64,000 bases of DNA from Chlamydiia bacterium (GCA_963804085.1 CAWDOQ010000010.1:64001-128000); one strand, 5' to 3'. Positions 9,922 through 20,212 are shown, counted from the first letter of the stretch. The notes: generated by a model from the sequence alone, not told the origin. A program made the numbers and translations.

Positions 9922-12488
9922 AAAATACGGCACTTATCATGTTCGCTGTAATCTGCGCGCACGTGCTCTAACTCTTGATCATCCACAGGGCATTTGCGTA
10001 GATCCCACACTTGCGCGGAGTAGTTGGCGATCGACTCGTCTGTAGAGAATTTACTCATCCCGGCGATGTTGTGTATTGCAAATTCTGCCCACTTTTCAGG
10101 CTGGACATAGAGATCTTCGACCTTCTTTTGCGTGTCATAGTAGCTTTGAAGATCGGCGAGGACAAAGTAGCGATCCGCCACACTTCCGTTAAACTTCTCC
10201 AAAAGGGTGTGGTAGAGGCTGAGGAGTGACTGGTGTTCTGATTCATTCTCAGCAAGTGAGTGGTCGCGCAGCGCGTCTATCGCCTGGCGGATCGCGCTGT
10301 TATGCATGTAAATATCCCAAGGGCTATAGGTGCCCTGCTCGCGCAAAACTATAATCTGATCTGCGGTTAAGCCGAAACCGAAGGGCCACCACTGGTCGGT
10401 CACCTCTTTGTGCATTTCGATATTGGCCCCATCCTCTGTTCCGATTGTGAGTGCGCCATTCATCGCAAGCTTCATGTTGCCGGTTCCTGACGCTTCCATA
10501 CCTGCGGTCGAAATCTGCTGGGATAGGTCGGCTGCAGGGATGATCTTTTCTGCGCGTGAGACGTTATAATTTTCGATAAAGACCACTTTTAAGAGCGGGC
10601 TTACTGCAGGGTCGCGATTGACCTTGCGCGCGATGCATTCGATTAGACGTATCACATTTTTGGCGACATCATAGCCAGGGGCCGCTTTGCCTCCAAAGAG
10701 GACCATGCGCTTTATTTTGCGCGCATTGGGATCTGCCTTAAGCTCGTGATAGAGCATAAGGACGTGGAGCGCATTCATGAGCTGTCTTTTATACTCGTGT
10801 ATCCGCTTGATCTGCACATCGAAAAGAGCCTCTTCATCTAGAGCTGTTGACGCGGCGATTACCTTGCCTCTAAAGTCGCGGATCGGGTTCTTCTCTGCAA
10901 GAAATTGGATAAGGTCGCGCTTATTCTCTTTCTTAATTTTTAAAAACTCTTTTTGGCTCGCACTGTCTGATGCAAATTTGGCAATCTCGCGCATCTTGTT
11001 AAAATCGGTGATCCATTCACTGCCTATCCGCTTGTTCAGAAACTCTGCAAGACGAGGGTTGGCATTTAAGAGCCAGCGTCTTTGTGTGACTCCGTTTGTC
11101 ACATTGATAAATTTGTCGGGATACATCTCGTAAAAGTCTTTAAAGATCGTCTTTTTCAAGAGCTCGGTATGGAGCGCTGCTACCCCATTCACTCTGTGGG
11201 TGCCATAGGTCAAAAGATAGGCCATTTTTACTTGCCCCTCTTCGACAAAGGACATGCGTCTTACGCGCTCTTCATCGCCGGGAAACTTTTGTCTCACAGA
11301 GTTACAAAATTCTAAGTTGAGCCGTTCGATGATCTGGTACTGGCGCGGCAAAAGATTATGAAGGCGCCCCTGGTTCCACTCTTCTAACGACTCGCGCAAG
11401 ATCGTATGGTTTGTGTAGCTACAGCAGGTTTTGACCACCTCCCAAGCCTCTCCCCAGCCAAAATCGTAATCTTTGGTGAGAAGACGCATGAGTTCGATTA
11501 CGACTAGAGCGGGATGGGTGTCGTTAATCTGGATGCGGACTTTGTCAGCAAAAAGCGAGAGATCCCCATATCGCTTAAGATAGTGGTTGAAGATATCTTG
11601 AATAGAGGCAGCAGCTAAAAGAAACTCCTGCTTGAGCCGGATCCGTTTTCCCACCTCATTGTTATCATTGGGATAAAGAACGTCTGTGAGCGCTGAATTC
11701 TCCCCGGCTTGATCTAAGTGCCCTGCGTTAAAGCGCTGCAACTGAAAGTTGCGAGGAGACTCCTTGGTCGTCCATAGGCGCAAGGTGAGCACAGTGAAAT
11801 CGGGCGCATTTTTGTAGCCGATGATTGGCATATCGTAAGCAAGCGCTCTCACCTCTTCAAAGTCTACTAGGTCGTAGACTTCAACCCCCTTCTTGTTAAC
11901 CGCCGGGAGCATACGCCCCGAGTAGAAGACAGAGACTGCGTGATCATCGCGCCGAAACTCCCAAGGATTTTCATGCAAAAGCCAGGTGTCGGGACGCTCG
12001 ACTTGTACCCCGTCCCACACCTCTTGATCGAAGATCCCATATTGATAACGCAGACCATATCCCACTGCCGGATACTCCTGCGTAGCAAGCGAATCAAGTA
12101 GGCATGCTGCAAGCCTGCCCAGGCCTCCGTTTCCGAGTCCCGGATCGGGCTCCATTAGAAGCTCCGTTTCAAACTTGCGGTTCATTTTTTTCATCACCAG
12201 CTTGATGAGATCTATCGCGCTCATGTTGGTGATGTTATTGCCCATCAGCCTGCCGGGCATATACTCCATGCAAAGGTAGTAGAGGGTGCGCGGATGTTTT
12301 TTATGGAAAGTATGGGCGCTGGCTGTCCAGTTGATCATGATCTCTTCGCGCAGTGTGAGCGAAAAGGCGCGATAGAACTCCTCATTATTGGCCTCGTCGA
12401 CGGTGACTGCCATAGTCGTGATGAGGTAGTGCTTGATCTTCTGAACAAGCATCTCCGCTTTATAATCTAACTGTGGATCAAGTGTCAT
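9918..12488 (-). CDS. glgP: Glycogen phosphorylase
   Basis: LGNGGLGRLAAC, INDTHP, KRIHEYKRQ, EASGTGNMK. Confidence 0.97.
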   Translation of the reverse strand: MTLDPQLDYKAEMLVQKIKHYLITTMAVTVDEANNEEFYRAFSLTLREEIMINWTASAHTFHKKHPRTLYYLCMEYMPGRLMGNNITNMSAIDLIKLVMKKMNRKFETELLMEPDPGLGNGGLGRLAACLLDSLATQEYPAVGYGLRYQYGIFDQEVWDGVQVERPDTWLLHENPWEFRRDDHAVSVFYSGRMLPAVNKKGVEVYDLVDFEEVRALAYDMPIIGYKNAPDFTVLTLRLWTTKESPRNFQLQRFNAGHLDQAGENSALTDVLYPNDNNEVGKRIRLKQEFLLAAASIQDIFNHYLKRYGDLSLFADKVRIQINDTHPALVVIELMRLLTKDYDFGWGEAWEVVKTCCSYTNHTILRESLEEWNQGRLHNLLPRQYQIIERLNLEFCNSVRQKFPGDEERVRRMSFVEEGQVKMAYLLTYGTHRVNGVAALHTELLKKTIFKDFYEMYPDKFINVTNGVTQRRWLLNANPRLAEFLNKRIGSEWITDFNKMREIAKFASDSASQKEFLKIKKENKRDLIQFLAEKNPIRDFRGKVIAASTALDEEALFDVQIKRIHEYKRQLMNALHVLMLYHELKADPNARKIKRMVLFGGKAAPGYDVAKNVIRLIECIARKVNRDPAVSPLLKVVFIENYNVSRAEKIIPAADLSQQISTAGMEASGTGNMKLAMNGALTIGTEDGANIEMHKEVTDQWWPFGFGLTADQIIVLREQGTYSPWDIYMHNSAIRQAIDALRDHSLAENESEHQSLLSLYHTLLEKFNGSVADRYFVLADLQSYYDTQKKVEDLYVQPEKWAEFAIHNIAGMSKFSTDESIANYSAQVWDLRKCPVDDQELEHVRADYSEHDKCRIF

Positions 12489-12550
12489 ATTCTGAACCTT
12501 AGAATAAAAAAAATTTTAAATCATTAGACATTTCGATTATACGGAGGATT

Positions 12551-13957
12551 ATGAAGAAATATGAACTGATCGTCATCGGCACGGGGCCTGCGGGGGAGAA
12601 GGCAGCCGTCAAAGCGGCTTATTTCGGCCACAAGGTCGCGATCATCGAAAAAGAGAAGCTATTTGGCGGCGCAGAAGTCGTTACGGGTACACTCCCCTCC
12701 AAAACGCTCAAAGAGACAGCGCTCTATTTTTCTGGAAAATATGAAAAGGGGCTATATGGGGTCGACCGCGATCTGCAGCATGAGGCGTCGATCGAAGACT
12801 TCATGTACAGAAAAAACCAAGTGAGCGCATCGGAGGGCCAAGAGATCTACGAAAACCTGATGCGTCATGGCGTTGACATCTATCACGGCACCGCCTCATT
12901 CCAAGATCCGCATACGATCAGCGTCTCGGGAGAGAAGAATGAGGAGATTTGGGGCGAGCATATCCTAATTGCGACCGGCTCCTACCCTTACCATCCTGCT
13001 AACATCCCCTTTGATGGGGTCCGCATACACGATTCGGATACGATCTTACAGATTAAGCGTTTTCCCAAATCCCTCTGCGTAGTCGGCGCCGGTGTCATCG
13101 GGTGCGAATATGCAACTATTTTCTCGACTATTGGCACGCACGTTTTTCTCGTAAACGACAAAGAGAAGATCATGCCTTTTATCGACCAGGAGGTCGCACG
13201 AGAGCTTATCTTTCAGATGCATAACAACGAGGTAGAGATTCTCTTTAACACCTCCATCGAATCTGTAGAGCCGCCCAAAAACGAGAAAGATATGGTTCGT
13301 GTCAAGCTAAAGACCGGACAGATACTCGAAGTGGACATGTTCCTCTTTGCTGCGGGAAGAAATGGCAATTTGGGCGCGCTAAACTGCGAAAAAGCGGGGC
13401 TGAAGGTGGGCGAACGTGAAACGCTGGTAGTAAATGAAAAGTATCAGACAAATGTCCCGCATATCTATGCTGCTGGCGATGTGATCGGTTTTCCGGCCCT
13501 CGCCTCTACGAGCATGGATCAGGGACGGGTCGCCGTCGCGCACATCTTCCAGACAGAAGACTTAAAGCATCTACCCTCCTTCTTCCCTTTCGGCATCTAC
13601 ACCGTGCCAGAGATCTCGATGGTCGGGCTGACAGAAGAGGGGGCGCAAAAGATAAACCTCGCATATTGCACAGGAAAAGCGCGCTACTCAGACATGGCCC
13701 GCGGTAAGATCATGGGCGCAAAAGCAGGATTTCTCAAAATCGTCTTTAATCGCAACGACATGGTCATCCGCGGCGTGCACATCATCGGCAACATCGCTAC
13801 CGAGCTCATCCACTACGGCCTTAGCCTCGTCGAGACCAATAGCACCCTCTACGACGTGATCGGCCATGTCTTCAACTACCCGACCCTCCACGACCTCTAC
13901 AAGTACGCCGCCTACGACGGCCTCAGCAACCTCACCGGCCACAAAGTCAAACCTTAA
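12551..13957 (+). CDS. sthA: Soluble pyridine nucleotide transhydrogenase
   Basis: GTGPAG FAD motif, GTLPSKTL, GDVIGFPALASTSMDQGR, FNYPTL. Confidence 0.9.
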   Translation: MKKYELIVIGTGPAGEKAAVKAAYFGHKVAIIEKEKLFGGAEVVTGTLPSKTLKETALYFSGKYEKGLYGVDRDLQHEASIEDFMYRKNQVSASEGQEIYENLMRHGVDIYHGTASFQDPHTISVSGEKNEEIWGEHILIATGSYPYHPANIPFDGVRIHDSDTILQIKRFPKSLCVVGAGVIGCEYATIFSTIGTHVFLVNDKEKIMPFIDQEVARELIFQMHNNEVEILFNTSIESVEPPKNEKDMVRVKLKTGQILEVDMFLFAAGRNGNLGALNCEKAGLKVGERETLVVNEKYQTNVPHIYAAGDVIGFPALASTSMDQGRVAVAHIFQTEDLKHLPSFFPFGIYTVPEISMVGLTEEGAQKINLAYCTGKARYSDMARGKIMGAKAGFLKIVFNRNDMVIRGVHIIGNIATELIHYGLSLVETNSTLYDVIGHVFNYPTLHDLYKYAAYDGLSNLTGHKVKP

Positions 13958-15120
13958 GTTACAAGAGGTAAGTTGGGTTGTAGTTGTCTTAAAAATTGCT
14001 CAACAGGAAGACAGAGCACATTTTTATATTGGATGGGCGAGGTGCCACGATAGAGTAGTAGCGGTTTGGCTTCGGGATAATCTTCGATGAAATGATGTAA
14101 TCCTCGCACATCTTCAGGAGACACAATACGGCTATTTTTAACTTCTATTGCATAGCAGCCCATCTCTCCATAAATAATGAAATCAACTTCTAATCCGGCT
14201 TTTGTACGCCAGAAATGAAGATCATGACGTCCTTTAGTGTAATGGACCCAAGCACGCAAATGTTGGAATACAAGACCTTCGAGTGCTGGACCATCGATAT
14301 CTGAAGCAGAATCTCCGGGTCCCATTTTACGCAAGGCGCGAAAAACTCCTACATCGAAAAAATAGAACTTAGGATGTTGTGACAAATCACGTTTAGCACG
14401 ATGACTGAAAACATCTATCCGCACCGAGAGGAGGAGATCCTCTAAGATTGAAATATAATTATCGACAGCATGTCTTTTTACGGAGCTTTCACGGGCAACA
14501 TTAGTGATATTCAGAAGTTGCGCATGAGAAAAACTCATCACATGTAAAAAACGCGTAAATTGTCCTACATTTCGCACGAGCGCTTCCGCTTGGACTTCTT
14601 CGTCGATGTATACACCGGCATAAGTGGAAAGCAGCTCTTCCGGTTCTTCTGCTTCCCATGCCAAGGGAAGCATTCCGATCTTTAACGCCTTTTCTAATGA
14701 AAATTGCCCTCCTAGCTCTATTGCAATAAAAGGATCGAGATATTTGATAAGAGCCCTACCACCAAGAAGATCGGCACCTCCTCTCTTCAGCTTGCGAGCA
14801 GAAGAGCCGGTCAAGATAAATTGAACTCCCAATTTTTCTTCGATCAAACTATGGACAACTGCTAAAAGATCAGGGACTTTTTGTACTTCGTCGATGATGA
14901 CAAAGGCTGGTTTGGGCAATGCAGTAACTTCTTTTATCAGTTCATCGGGATAGGCTCGAAACTTTTCACGGAGTGAGGAAAGAAGAAGATTCAGATATAA
15001 AGCTTCTGGAAAGAGAGTTTTCATCCATGTCGACTTGCCCGTTCCTCGAGGGCCAAAAAGAAAAAAACTCTGCTTGGGAGGAGCGAAGAGCCTTCTTACC
15101 AACTCCTTTTTTTGGTTCAT
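13954..15120 (-). CDS. AAA+ ATPase with DUF4143 domain
   Basis: GPRGTGKST, IDEVQK, LTGSS, KFYFFDVG, EVDF, AIEVK. Confidence 0.9.
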   Translation of the reverse strand: MNQKKELVRRLFAPPKQSFFLFGPRGTGKSTWMKTLFPEALYLNLLLSSLREKFRAYPDELIKEVTALPKPAFVIIDEVQKVPDLLAVVHSLIEEKLGVQFILTGSSARKLKRGGADLLGGRALIKYLDPFIAIELGGQFSLEKALKIGMLPLAWEAEEPEELLSTYAGVYIDEEVQAEALVRNVGQFTRFLHVMSFSHAQLLNITNVARESSVKRHAVDNYISILEDLLLSVRIDVFSHRAKRDLSQHPKFYFFDVGVFRALRKMGPGDSASDIDGPALEGLVFQHLRAWVHYTKGRHDLHFWRTKAGLEVDFIIYGEMGCYAIEVKNSRIVSPEDVRGLHHFIEDYPEAKPLLLYRGTSPIQYKNVLCLPVEQFLRQLQPNLPLVT

Positions 15121-15348
15121 AACCTCATTTCTCCATCCTTTTTTCAACTTCATCTTACATTTTTCCTTTGTTAAAACCCACACAAAACCATAACACGCTC
15201 TAAATTAGCTGGTTGCGAAAAAGAGTGCCCCAAAGCGAGAAATGGACCTGAAAAGGACGGTAATGGACGCGGCGAAGAAAATAGTTTCTGTTGTTTTGCT
15301 CTTTTCGTTTAAGGGGCAATGTTGTTAGTCTGGGCGTGTGGTGGAAGC

Positions 15349-16437
15349 GTGAGCGTTAAAAATAGTGTTCTCAAGTGTTTGGTGTGGCTCTTCCGGGTGA
15401 AGAAGAAATCGGGGAGGGAGCGCCGTTTTCTCATCGTCTCAACGACGGGGCTCGGCGATAGTTTGTGGGCAACTCCTGCTATCAAAGCGCTGCGTCAGAG
15501 CCTGCCTGATTGCTACCTTGCGGTCTTGACAAGTCCTATCGGCAAGGAGATCTTCAAACACAATCGCCAGATAGATGAACTGTTCGTCGTAAAAAAACCT
15601 ATTCTGCTCTCGCTTTTTTTTCTTCTTTTTAAACTGCGCAAAAAAGAGATCGGGTCAATACTCCTTTTTCACACGTCCCAAAGAGCAGTTCTTCCCTTCT
15701 GCGCGCTCTTGGGGGCATGGAGGATTATCGGAACGGAAGGGATGAGCAAGGGGCTCGACTCACTTCTAACTGTTGCAGTAGATAAAAAGCCGATCCATGA
15801 GATCGAACGGCGGCTCGAGATCGTCTCTAAAGTCGGAGCGCACACCCTCGACCCGACTCTCGAATTTTATGTAACCGAGAGCGAAGAAGAGAGGTGCGAT
15901 AACTTCATAAAAAGAGAGGGCATCCCTTCTTATCTTCCTCTTGTCGGCCTCCATCCTGGCGCAAAAGACGCCTTTAAAAAGTGGCCTCCGGAGAAGTTTA
16001 TCGCTCTTGGCAACCGACTCGTCGACCACTTCGGCTGCCAGATCCTGGTCACAGGAAATGCGGAAGAAAAACCACTCGCAGAGAAGATCGTAAAAGGGAT
16101 TAAAGGCGCAGTATCTGCAGCGGGCCTACTCTCTTTGGGCGAGATGGGAGCGCTGATCAAGCGGATGTCTCTCATGGTAACTAACGATACGGGACCTATG
16201 CATGTCGCCTTTGCGCTCAAAACGCCCACGGTCGCTCTATTTGCGCCGACAGATCCCAAACTCTGCGGCCCTTATTTTATGCCTCTTTCTCATGTGATTG
16301 CAAAGAGGCGCACCTGTACCCCCTGCTTGAGAAAAAAGTGTCAGGATCCTTTCTGTATGCTTCAGATTTCCGAGGAGGAGGTTTACGACGCGGCCGTTCA
16401 ACTATTCTATAAGAGCAAAGCTGTTGAAAAGAGATAA
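15349..16437 (+). CDS. Glycosyltransferase family 9 (LPS heptosyltransferase-like)
   Basis: GLGDSLWATP, HPGA..KKWP, TNDTGPMHVA; start codon uncertain (15319 or 15349). Confidence 0.9.
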   Translation: MSVKNSVLKCLVWLFRVKKKSGRERRFLIVSTTGLGDSLWATPAIKALRQSLPDCYLAVLTSPIGKEIFKHNRQIDELFVVKKPILLSLFFLLFKLRKKEIGSILLFHTSQRAVLPFCALLGAWRIIGTEGMSKGLDSLLTVAVDKKPIHEIERRLEIVSKVGAHTLDPTLEFYVTESEEERCDNFIKREGIPSYLPLVGLHPGAKDAFKKWPPEKFIALGNRLVDHFGCQILVTGNAEEKPLAEKIVKGIKGAVSAAGLLSLGEMGALIKRMSLMVTNDTGPMHVAFALKTPTVALFAPTDPKLCGPYFMPLSHVIAKRRTCTPCLRKKCQDPFCMLQISEEEVYDAAVQLFYKSKAVEKR

Positions 16438-17590
16438 CCCCCTCATCTACATCGTCATCTTGAACTGGAATGGAAAAGAAGACACGCTTGCTTGTCTCAG
16501 CTCTCTAGAAAGAGTTCTTTATGCTCCTTTTCGGACAGTTGTCGTAGATAATGGCTCGACCGATGGATCGATAGAGGCGATCCGCGCAAAGTTTCGTCAA
16601 GAGCCACTTGCAAAAATCCCCGCCCCAGAAAAATCGAAGATTTTGAGTCAGTTTGCTGGGGCTGGCAGCAGCCCGAATCCCGCCAGCGGGGACATACTCG
16701 AGGAGAGTAGGACCCGATGGCCGGACAGCAAAATGGCTCAAAAGGGCAATTTTGCTGCGGCGGGGATTTTTGCAAGTGGCTCTCAAGTCACGCTGATCGA
16801 AAATGGGAAAAACTTAGGCTTTGCGGGTGGAAATAATGTCGGCATCCGCTTGGCACTTGTTGAGGGAGCAGACGCTATTTTTCTACTCAACAATGATACG
16901 GTTGTAGACCCTTATATTTTACAGGCATTTGCAAGTTCGTTATTAAACCATCCGGAAGCGGGCATTTTTGGCGCTAAACTCTACCTGCATAATGAACCCG
17001 ATCGCTTTGATCATTTGGGTGGCAGATGGAACAAAAAGAGGGCCGCTTTTGATTTTGTGGCTTTGCGTGAAAAAGATATAGGCCAGGAGCATCCCGCTCT
17101 TGACTACGCTTGCGGCGCTGCCCTTTTTGTCAAAAAAGAGGTGTTTGAAGCGGTGGGCCTTTTGGAGGAGAACTTTTTTCTGATCTGGGAAGAGGCCGAC
17201 TTTTGTGTGCGGGCGAGGCGCGCAGGCTTTCTTTCCCTCCTCTCAACTGACGCCAAAGTCTGGCATAAGGTCTCGGCCTCCTTTGTTGGAGGAAAGCCCC
17301 ACTCCACCTACTTCTGGTGGCGCGGTAGGCTACTCTGGATCGAAAGAAACTGTACGTTCTCTGAAAAAATAAGACTATATACCAGAGTCCTCATCCCTGA
17401 AATTTTTCACATTTGGAAACTGAGCATTCTGAAAAGCGCCCAGCTTAAACTGAATTCCCTTATTTCACCTGGACGCGACCAGACTCAAAAAAGAGAAAAG
17501 ATTGTAAAATATCGGGCAGCATTGCAAGGTGTAAAAGACTATCTATTTCGCAGGTTTGGCAGTGGGCCTGCTTGGATTTATAGTAGATAA
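16424..17590 (+). CDS. Glycosyltransferase family 2 carrying an in-frame 62-codon palindromic insertion
   Basis: ILNWNG, VVDNGSTD, NLGFAGGNN, LLNNDT, EEADFC. Confidence 0.9.
   Translation: MKRDNPLIYIVILNWNGKEDTLACLSSLERVLYAPFRTVVVDNGSTDGSIEAIRAKFRQEPLAKIPAPEKSKILSQFAGAGSSPNPASGDILEESRTRWPDSKMAQKGNFAAAGIFASGSQVTLIENGKNLGFAGGNNVGIRLALVEGADAIFLLNNDTVVDPYILQAFASSLLNHPEAGIFGAKLYLHNEPDRFDHLGGRWNKKRAAFDFVALREKDIGQEHPALDYACGAALFVKKEVFEAVGLLEENFFLIWEEADFCVRARRAGFLSLLSTDAKVWHKVSASFVGGKPHSTYFWWRGRLLWIERNCTFSEKIRLYTRVLIPEIFHIWKLSILKSAQLKLNSLISPGRDQTQKREKIVKYRAALQGVKDYLFRRFGSGPAWIYSR
16601..16782. mobile_element. MITE / RPE-like palindromic element (182 bp)
   Basis: 24-bp perfect TIRs GAGCCACTTGCAAAAATCCCCGCC (16601-16624/16759-16782); TCAA direct repeats at 16597-16600 and 16783-16786. 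Confidence 0.9.
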
Positions 17591-17618
17591 CGTGGTATAA
17601 CGAAAATAAATAAAAAAC

Positions 17619-18533
17619 ATGAGCTTTATGAATCATTTTTTACGCTGGATCTTCTGTGCACTTCTCCTCTTTCTCGCAGGGTGCGAGACAAATATGATCA
17701 TTGTCAACGATGTGGAAGAGCGAGAGGCCAATGAGATCATCGTCTTTTTGGCGAGCAAAAATATCGCGGCAGACAAGATGCCCTCTCCCACTGCCGGCCC
17801 GGCCGGCGGCACAACTGTCAGCCTCTGGAGCATTGCTGTTCCCCCCACAAAAGCGACAGAAGCCATGGGCATCTTAAACCAGAACGGTCTCCCGCGTAAA
17901 AAAGGGACAAATCTTCTCGAGCTCTTTGCCAAGGCGGGGCTGATGTCCTCGGACAAAGAGGAGACGATCCGCTATCAGGCGGGCTTGGGCGAGCAGATCG
18001 CGGGTACAATTCGCAAGATCGACGGGGTAATCGACGCCGACGTGCAGCTCTCCTTTCCTCCTGCAGAAACCGGGGTACCGGGAGCGCCCGGCACCACCCC
18101 TCCAAAAAAGGTGACCGCGTCTGTATACGTGAAGCATCAGGGAGTTCTCGATGACCCCAACAGCCACTTAGTGACAAAGATCAAGCGCTTGGTCGCAGGC
18201 AGCGTAAATGGCCTCGATGTGAACGATGTCACCGTAATCTCAGACCGTTCGCGCTTTACCGACATCACTGTGTCTACTCCTACAGAAGCGATCACCCCAA
18301 AGCCAAAAGAGTATGTCAGCATCTGGTCGATCGTGATGAGCAAGAACTCGACAAGCCGTTTCCGTGTTCTCTTTTTCACGCTTACAATCGCGACCCTTCT
18401 TTTTGGCGCAGGTCTCGGCTGGCTCATCTGGAAATTCTACCCAATCTTAAAAAAAGGGAAGGGGCTAAAAGAGCTGTTAGAACCCATTCCCGTAGAGTCT
18501 AAAATAAAGAAGCCGCCCGAAGAGACTAAATGA
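17619..18533 (+). CDS. sctJ: T3SS inner-membrane ring lipoprotein
   Basis: Lipobox LAGC, EREANEI, GLPR, IDGVIDADV; C-terminal TM helix. Confidence 0.95.
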   Translation: MSFMNHFLRWIFCALLLFLAGCETNMIIVNDVEEREANEIIVFLASKNIAADKMPSPTAGPAGGTTVSLWSIAVPPTKATEAMGILNQNGLPRKKGTNLLELFAKAGLMSSDKEETIRYQAGLGEQIAGTIRKIDGVIDADVQLSFPPAETGVPGAPGTTPPKKVTASVYVKHQGVLDDPNSHLVTKIKRLVAGSVNGLDVNDVTVISDRSRFTDITVSTPTEAITPKPKEYVSIWSIVMSKNSTSRFRVLFFTLTIATLLFGAGLGWLIWKFYPILKKGKGLKELLEPIPVESKIKKPPEETK

Positions 18534-19399
18534 ACCTAGTGACTGGATCTGTCTGCAAGGCCTTTTTACTACGCTCCTCGCCCGAATTGCAAACGCGCCT
18601 TCTCTCTTTCTTGCCTCCCGAGGAGCTAAAAGAGATGGAAGAGCTCCCCTCTACATTTTATGGGGATCCCTCAGCGGGAATCTCTTCTGATGAAGAGCGT
18701 TTGAAAATGGTCCACCACAGCTGGCTCGCCCTCAACTTTCGCTCCTTATCCGAAAGCGAGGTCCGACTTTTTCTCTCCTCTTTGAGTGAAACGCAAATAA
18801 AAGGTTTAAAAAAGAACCTGCTTTTCTCCAACTCGCTTCTCCCCTTAAATCCTCTTGCGCTTCCCTTTTTACAAAACTCTCTTTGGAAAATGGTGGCAGG
18901 AGATGAGGAGATTTTGCCCTTAGAGTGTCTGCCTGCTTCTTCTTTAAACGGTCTACTCAGTTTTGACGCTTACGAGCTTTTGACTCTCATTGACCTTTTG
19001 GGATTGCACGACTTAGCACTCGAAGTCAAACAGGTCATCGAGACGAGCAAACTCAAAAAAATCTCTCAAGCTCTCTCTCCTCAAGAACAGGCTTTTTTAA
19101 AAGAGCTGCTCCAGAGAAAAGAGAAGGTCTCGTTTAAGCGCATGTCGCTGCAGAAATGGGAGGGAGATGCTCCCTCTTTACGCTCCTTGCTCCATCAGCG
19201 CGGCATCAATCGCCTGGCAAAAGCGCTCTTTACACAAAACTCGAGCCTCCTCTGGTATGTGAGCCACAAGCTGGACGTAGAAAGAGGCCAGATGCTGCTT
19301 AAGCTCGCAGAGCCTTTAGAACATGCTCTTGCAGCAGAAGTTCTTGCAGCGCAAGTCGAAGAAGCACTAGCTTCCATACAACCAACACAAGCGGCATAA
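18530..19399 (+). CDS. T3SS-associated protein (SctK/CT560-like)
   Basis: Position between sctJ and sctL; HHSW and LIDLLGLHDLA motifs. Confidence 0.7.
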   Translation: MNLVTGSVCKAFLLRSSPELQTRLLSFLPPEELKEMEELPSTFYGDPSAGISSDEERLKMVHHSWLALNFRSLSESEVRLFLSSLSETQIKGLKKNLLFSNSLLPLNPLALPFLQNSLWKMVAGDEEILPLECLPASSLNGLLSFDAYELLTLIDLLGLHDLALEVKQVIETSKLKKISQALSPQEQAFLKELLQRKEKVSFKRMSLQKWEGDAPSLRSLLHQRGINRLAKALFTQNSSLLWYVSHKLDVERGQMLLKLAEPLEHALAAEVLAAQVEEALASIQPTQAA

Positions 19400-19400
19400 G

Positions 19401-20024
19401 ATGAAATTTTTTTCGCTCATCTTTAAAGGAGACATCCACACAGCGACGGGAAAGAAGGTGCTCCCCCAAGAGGAGTATAGCGTCCTGCTGGACGCACGCG
19501 AACTCCTCGACAAGGCAAAAGAGGACGCAGAAGCGCTCCACGAAAAGACCAAGGAGGAGTGCAAAAAGCTGCGCAAGAAGACAAAAGAGGAGGGGTTCGA
19601 AGAGGGGCTTGCCAAATTTAACGAGCATCTACTCTACTTCGATACCGAGCTTAAAAAACTGCGCCACGAGATGCAGCAGGCGATCCTGCCGCTTGCTCTA
19701 AAAGCAGCAAAAAAAATTGTCGGAAAAGAGCTGGAAACCCATCCCGAAACGATAGTCGATATTGTCCTCCAGGCACTCGCTCCTGTCACACAGCACCACA
19801 AGATCAAGATCTACGTAAATAAAGCAGAAAAAGAGACCTTGGAAGAGAACAAAGGCCGTATTCGCGAGATCTTGGAGCAGGTAGAGGCGCTCACCATCCA
19901 AGAACGCGCAGACGTTGCCCCTGGCGGCTGCATCATCGAAACGGAAGCCGGCATCATCAATGCAAGCATCGAAAACCAGTGGCGCGCTTTAGAAGCCGCC
20001 TTCGAAAAATACATGAAACGATAA
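19401..20024 (+). CDS. sctL: T3SS stator protein
   Basis: EGFEEGL, GGCIIETEAGIINA. Confidence 0.93.
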   Translation: MKFFSLIFKGDIHTATGKKVLPQEEYSVLLDARELLDKAKEDAEALHEKTKEECKKLRKKTKEEGFEEGLAKFNEHLLYFDTELKKLRHEMQQAILPLALKAAKKIVGKELETHPETIVDIVLQALAPVTQHHKIKIYVNKAEKETLEENKGRIREILEQVEALTIQERADVAPGGCIIETEAGIINASIENQWRALEAAFEKYMKR

Positions 20025-20047
20025 GCCCCTACCCTTCCTAATATAAC

Positions 20048-20147
20048 TTGCCCCTGCCCTGCTGGCCCTTGCCCTCTGCCCGTGCCGTGCCCGATCTTGC
20101 TCTTCTCTTAATTAATCCGGATCGGGCAAGGCAGAGGCACAGGCACG
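20048..20147. repeat. Intergenic palindromic repeat, family A copy 2
   Basis: TGCCC-like units, GCCCGATCTT...AATTAATCCGGATCGGGCA, then GGCAC units. Confidence 0.8.
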
Positions 20148-20212
20148 GAGTTTGAAGAAACATTATCGCTTCGCAAAAAAATACGATGTGACGTATAACT
20201 CAAAACACTCGC

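Noticed and set aside
15240-15270. Three AA(T/A)GGAC-like units upstream of the DUF4143 gene
   Set aside because: Too short and degenerate to support as a repeat element
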